From NCBI RefSeq assembly GCF_006345805.1, contig NW_021832205.1, forward strand, positions 1 through 31,881: 31,881 bases of DNA, written 5' to 3'. The number at the start of each line of letters is the position of its first letter. Positions within the stretch are counted from its first letter, which is position 1. The stretch comes from Octopus sinensis. Its lineage: Eukaryota. The notes below the pieces were generated by a model, which saw only the letters and a program-made list of their open reading frames with translations, was not told the origin of the DNA and did not search any database. A program made the translations under genes and the position numbers. Of the stretch, positions 31,508-31,881 are shown piece after piece.

Positions 31508-31881
31508 GGGCGTCGTGCTAACAGAATGGTTAGCAACACCGGGTGAAATGCTTAGCGGTATTTCGTCTGCCGCTACGTTCTGAGTTCAAATTCCGCCGAG
31601 GTCGACTTTGCCTTTCATCCTTTCGGGGGTCAATTAAATAAGTACTAGTTACGCAGTGGGGTCGATTTAATCGACTTAATCCGTTTGTCTGCCCTTGTTT
31701 TGTCCTCTGTGTTTAACCCCTTGTGGGTAGTAAAGAAATAAGTATTTCGTCTGCCGTTACGTTCTGAGTTCAAATTCCACCGAGGTCGACTTTGCCTTTC
31801 ATCCGTTTCGGTTGGATAAAAGAAGTACCAGTGGGACACTGGGGTAGTTGTAATCGACTTATCCCGTCCCCCCAAAATAGT
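31508..31881 (+). mobile_element. Dimeric SINE family A (monomer 1 31508-31740, headless monomer 2 31741-end)
   Basis: gtatttcgtctgccg(c/t)tacgttctgagttcaaattcc(g/a)ccgaggtcgactttgcc is repeated; same junction as the 18600-18985 copy. Confidence 0.92.

Overview
Eukaryotic, AT-rich, repeat-saturated genomic DNA. The SINE families, which I recognise from memory, point to a coleoid cephalopod, most likely Octopus; that assignment is an inference. There is no intact protein-coding gene, rRNA, true tRNA or CRISPR array. Most ORFs in the supplied track are microsatellite read-throughs or decayed transposon frames. The window holds about 30 tRNA-derived SINE copies, labelled locally A-D, plus fossil DNA transposons (three Tc1/mariner copies, a ZMYM/TTF-type hAT transposase, a hAT MITE with a perfect 8-bp TSD, a possible Helentron-type element). 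It also holds retroelement fragments (CR1-like, two RTE-clade LINEs, Penelope-like RT) and many long microsatellites. The best leads are: (1) a (TTAGGG)n tract inserted inside a mariner transposase gene, resembling telomerase-mediated break repair; (2) a CR1-like LINE whose 3' end matches the tail of SINE family B, suggesting a LINE-SINE partner pair; (3) a non-repetitive promoter/enhancer-like motif cluster at about 5.6-5.85 kb with an RCSI-type paired-homeodomain site; (4) modular and dimeric SINE architecture; (5) closely spaced inverted SINE pairs that could form ADAR substrates. A few weak plus-strand exon candidates suggest the window may be intronic, but no gene could be identified. I did not find a clearly new coding system.
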